A stretch of 64,000 nt of DNA from an uncultured Woeseia sp. (GTDB lineage Bacteria; Pseudomonadota; Gammaproteobacteria; Steroidobacterales; UBA11654). The stretch lies in assembly GCA_964454905.1 (NCBI GenBank), contig CAYVTR010000001.1, positions 44,436-108,435 on the forward strand, read 5' to 3'. Made by a program: the position numbers and the translations under genes. This document shows, piece by piece, positions 63,614 to 64,000 of the stretch; position 1 is the stretch's first letter, and every line of letters begins with the position of its first letter. The notes beneath the pieces are model-generated. The model did not search any database, was not told the DNA's origin, and worked only from the letters and a program-made list of their open reading frames with translations.

Positions 63614-64000
63614 ATGTCATTATTTGGTAAGATTCAGATTCCTCTTATATCATTTATTTTTCTTGCTTTTATTATTCAATCATGTTCTGTCATCCCAACA
63701 AATTTTACTGTTACAGAACCTCAGTATGAAATTAAAACCGAAGAATTTTCTTTAGAGTTTCAAAAACTAAATAAACAGTTACCCGTTAGAATTTCTTATC
63801 CTGTTGGTAAAATTCGATTTCCTGTTATTGTTTTTTCTCATGGAAACGGCTCAAAAGGAGACATGTATAAGGGGTTTACAGATTATTGGGCCAGCCATGG
63901 CTATGTTGTCATTCAACCAACACATATGGATTCTACCTCCTTGGGTTTTGAGACCAAAACAAATTTGAGGGAATTATATACGCAAATGCTCATCGTTACC
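63614..64000 (+). CDS. Alpha/beta hydrolase lipoprotein (PAF-acetylhydrolase / dienelactone-hydrolase-like), 5' fragment running off the window
   Basis: Not in the ORF track because it has no stop. My translation from ATG 63614 is MSLFGKIQIPLISFIFLAFIIQSC...RFPVIVFSHGNGSKGDMYKGFTDYWASHGYVVIQPTHMDS. It has a lipobox IQSC, and the VIVFSHG...ASHGYVV pattern is typical of this hydrolase group. Confidence 0.6.
   Translation, partial: MSLFGKIQIPLISFIFLAFIIQSCSVIPTNFTVTEPQYEIKTEEFSLEFQKLNKQLPVRISYPVGKIRFPVIVFSHGNGSKGDMYKGFTDYWASHGYVVIQPTHMDSTSLGFETKTNLRELYTQMLIVT

Noticed and set aside
1-64000. I looked for tRNA, rRNA or other structured RNA genes, CRISPR arrays, transposases or integrases, prophage genes and defence systems.
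   Set aside because: No intergenic gap exceeds 267 bp, and none shows tRNA-like or repeat-spacer structure. No ORF resembles a recombinase, nuclease-helicase defence module or toxin-antitoxin pair, so none is reported.

Overview
AT-rich, tightly packed bacterial chromosome fragment with gammaproteobacterial gene order (lpxC-secA-mutT, zapD-coaE, bamD/rluD); it looks like a streamlined marine lineage, but that is a guess. All family calls come from reading motifs by eye, with no searches run. Positions 1-17.9 kb are housekeeping: the dcw cluster end (murG, murB, ddl, ftsQ, ftsA), lpxC, a DUF721/DciA-like gene, secA, mutT, zapD, coaE, sucCD, bamD, rluD, aspS and cyoE. Positions 17.9-64 kb are an accessory catabolic island of about 40 genes. 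It holds a TonB-dependent receptor, three MFS transporters, two Tat-exported BBE/VAO flavoproteins, three DUF1838-like paralogs and a UbiD decarboxylase. It also holds CoA-transferase/ligase/dehydrogenase genes, MBL and alpha/beta hydrolases, a PON-type lactonase homolog, an FGE-like protein with a diheme cytochrome c, and one TetR regulator. I found no rRNA, tRNA, CRISPR, transposase or integrase. The main finding is a 22-bp palindrome, TTATTwATCAAwTGATAAATAA. It recurs at nine promoter regions and heads most of the transcription units between about 21 and 61 kb, which implies one regulon, possibly under the TetR. Other points: ftsZ and murC are missing from the dcw cluster, bamD probably starts at ATT, one protein carries three RidA domains, and another is a fused double family III CoA-transferase.
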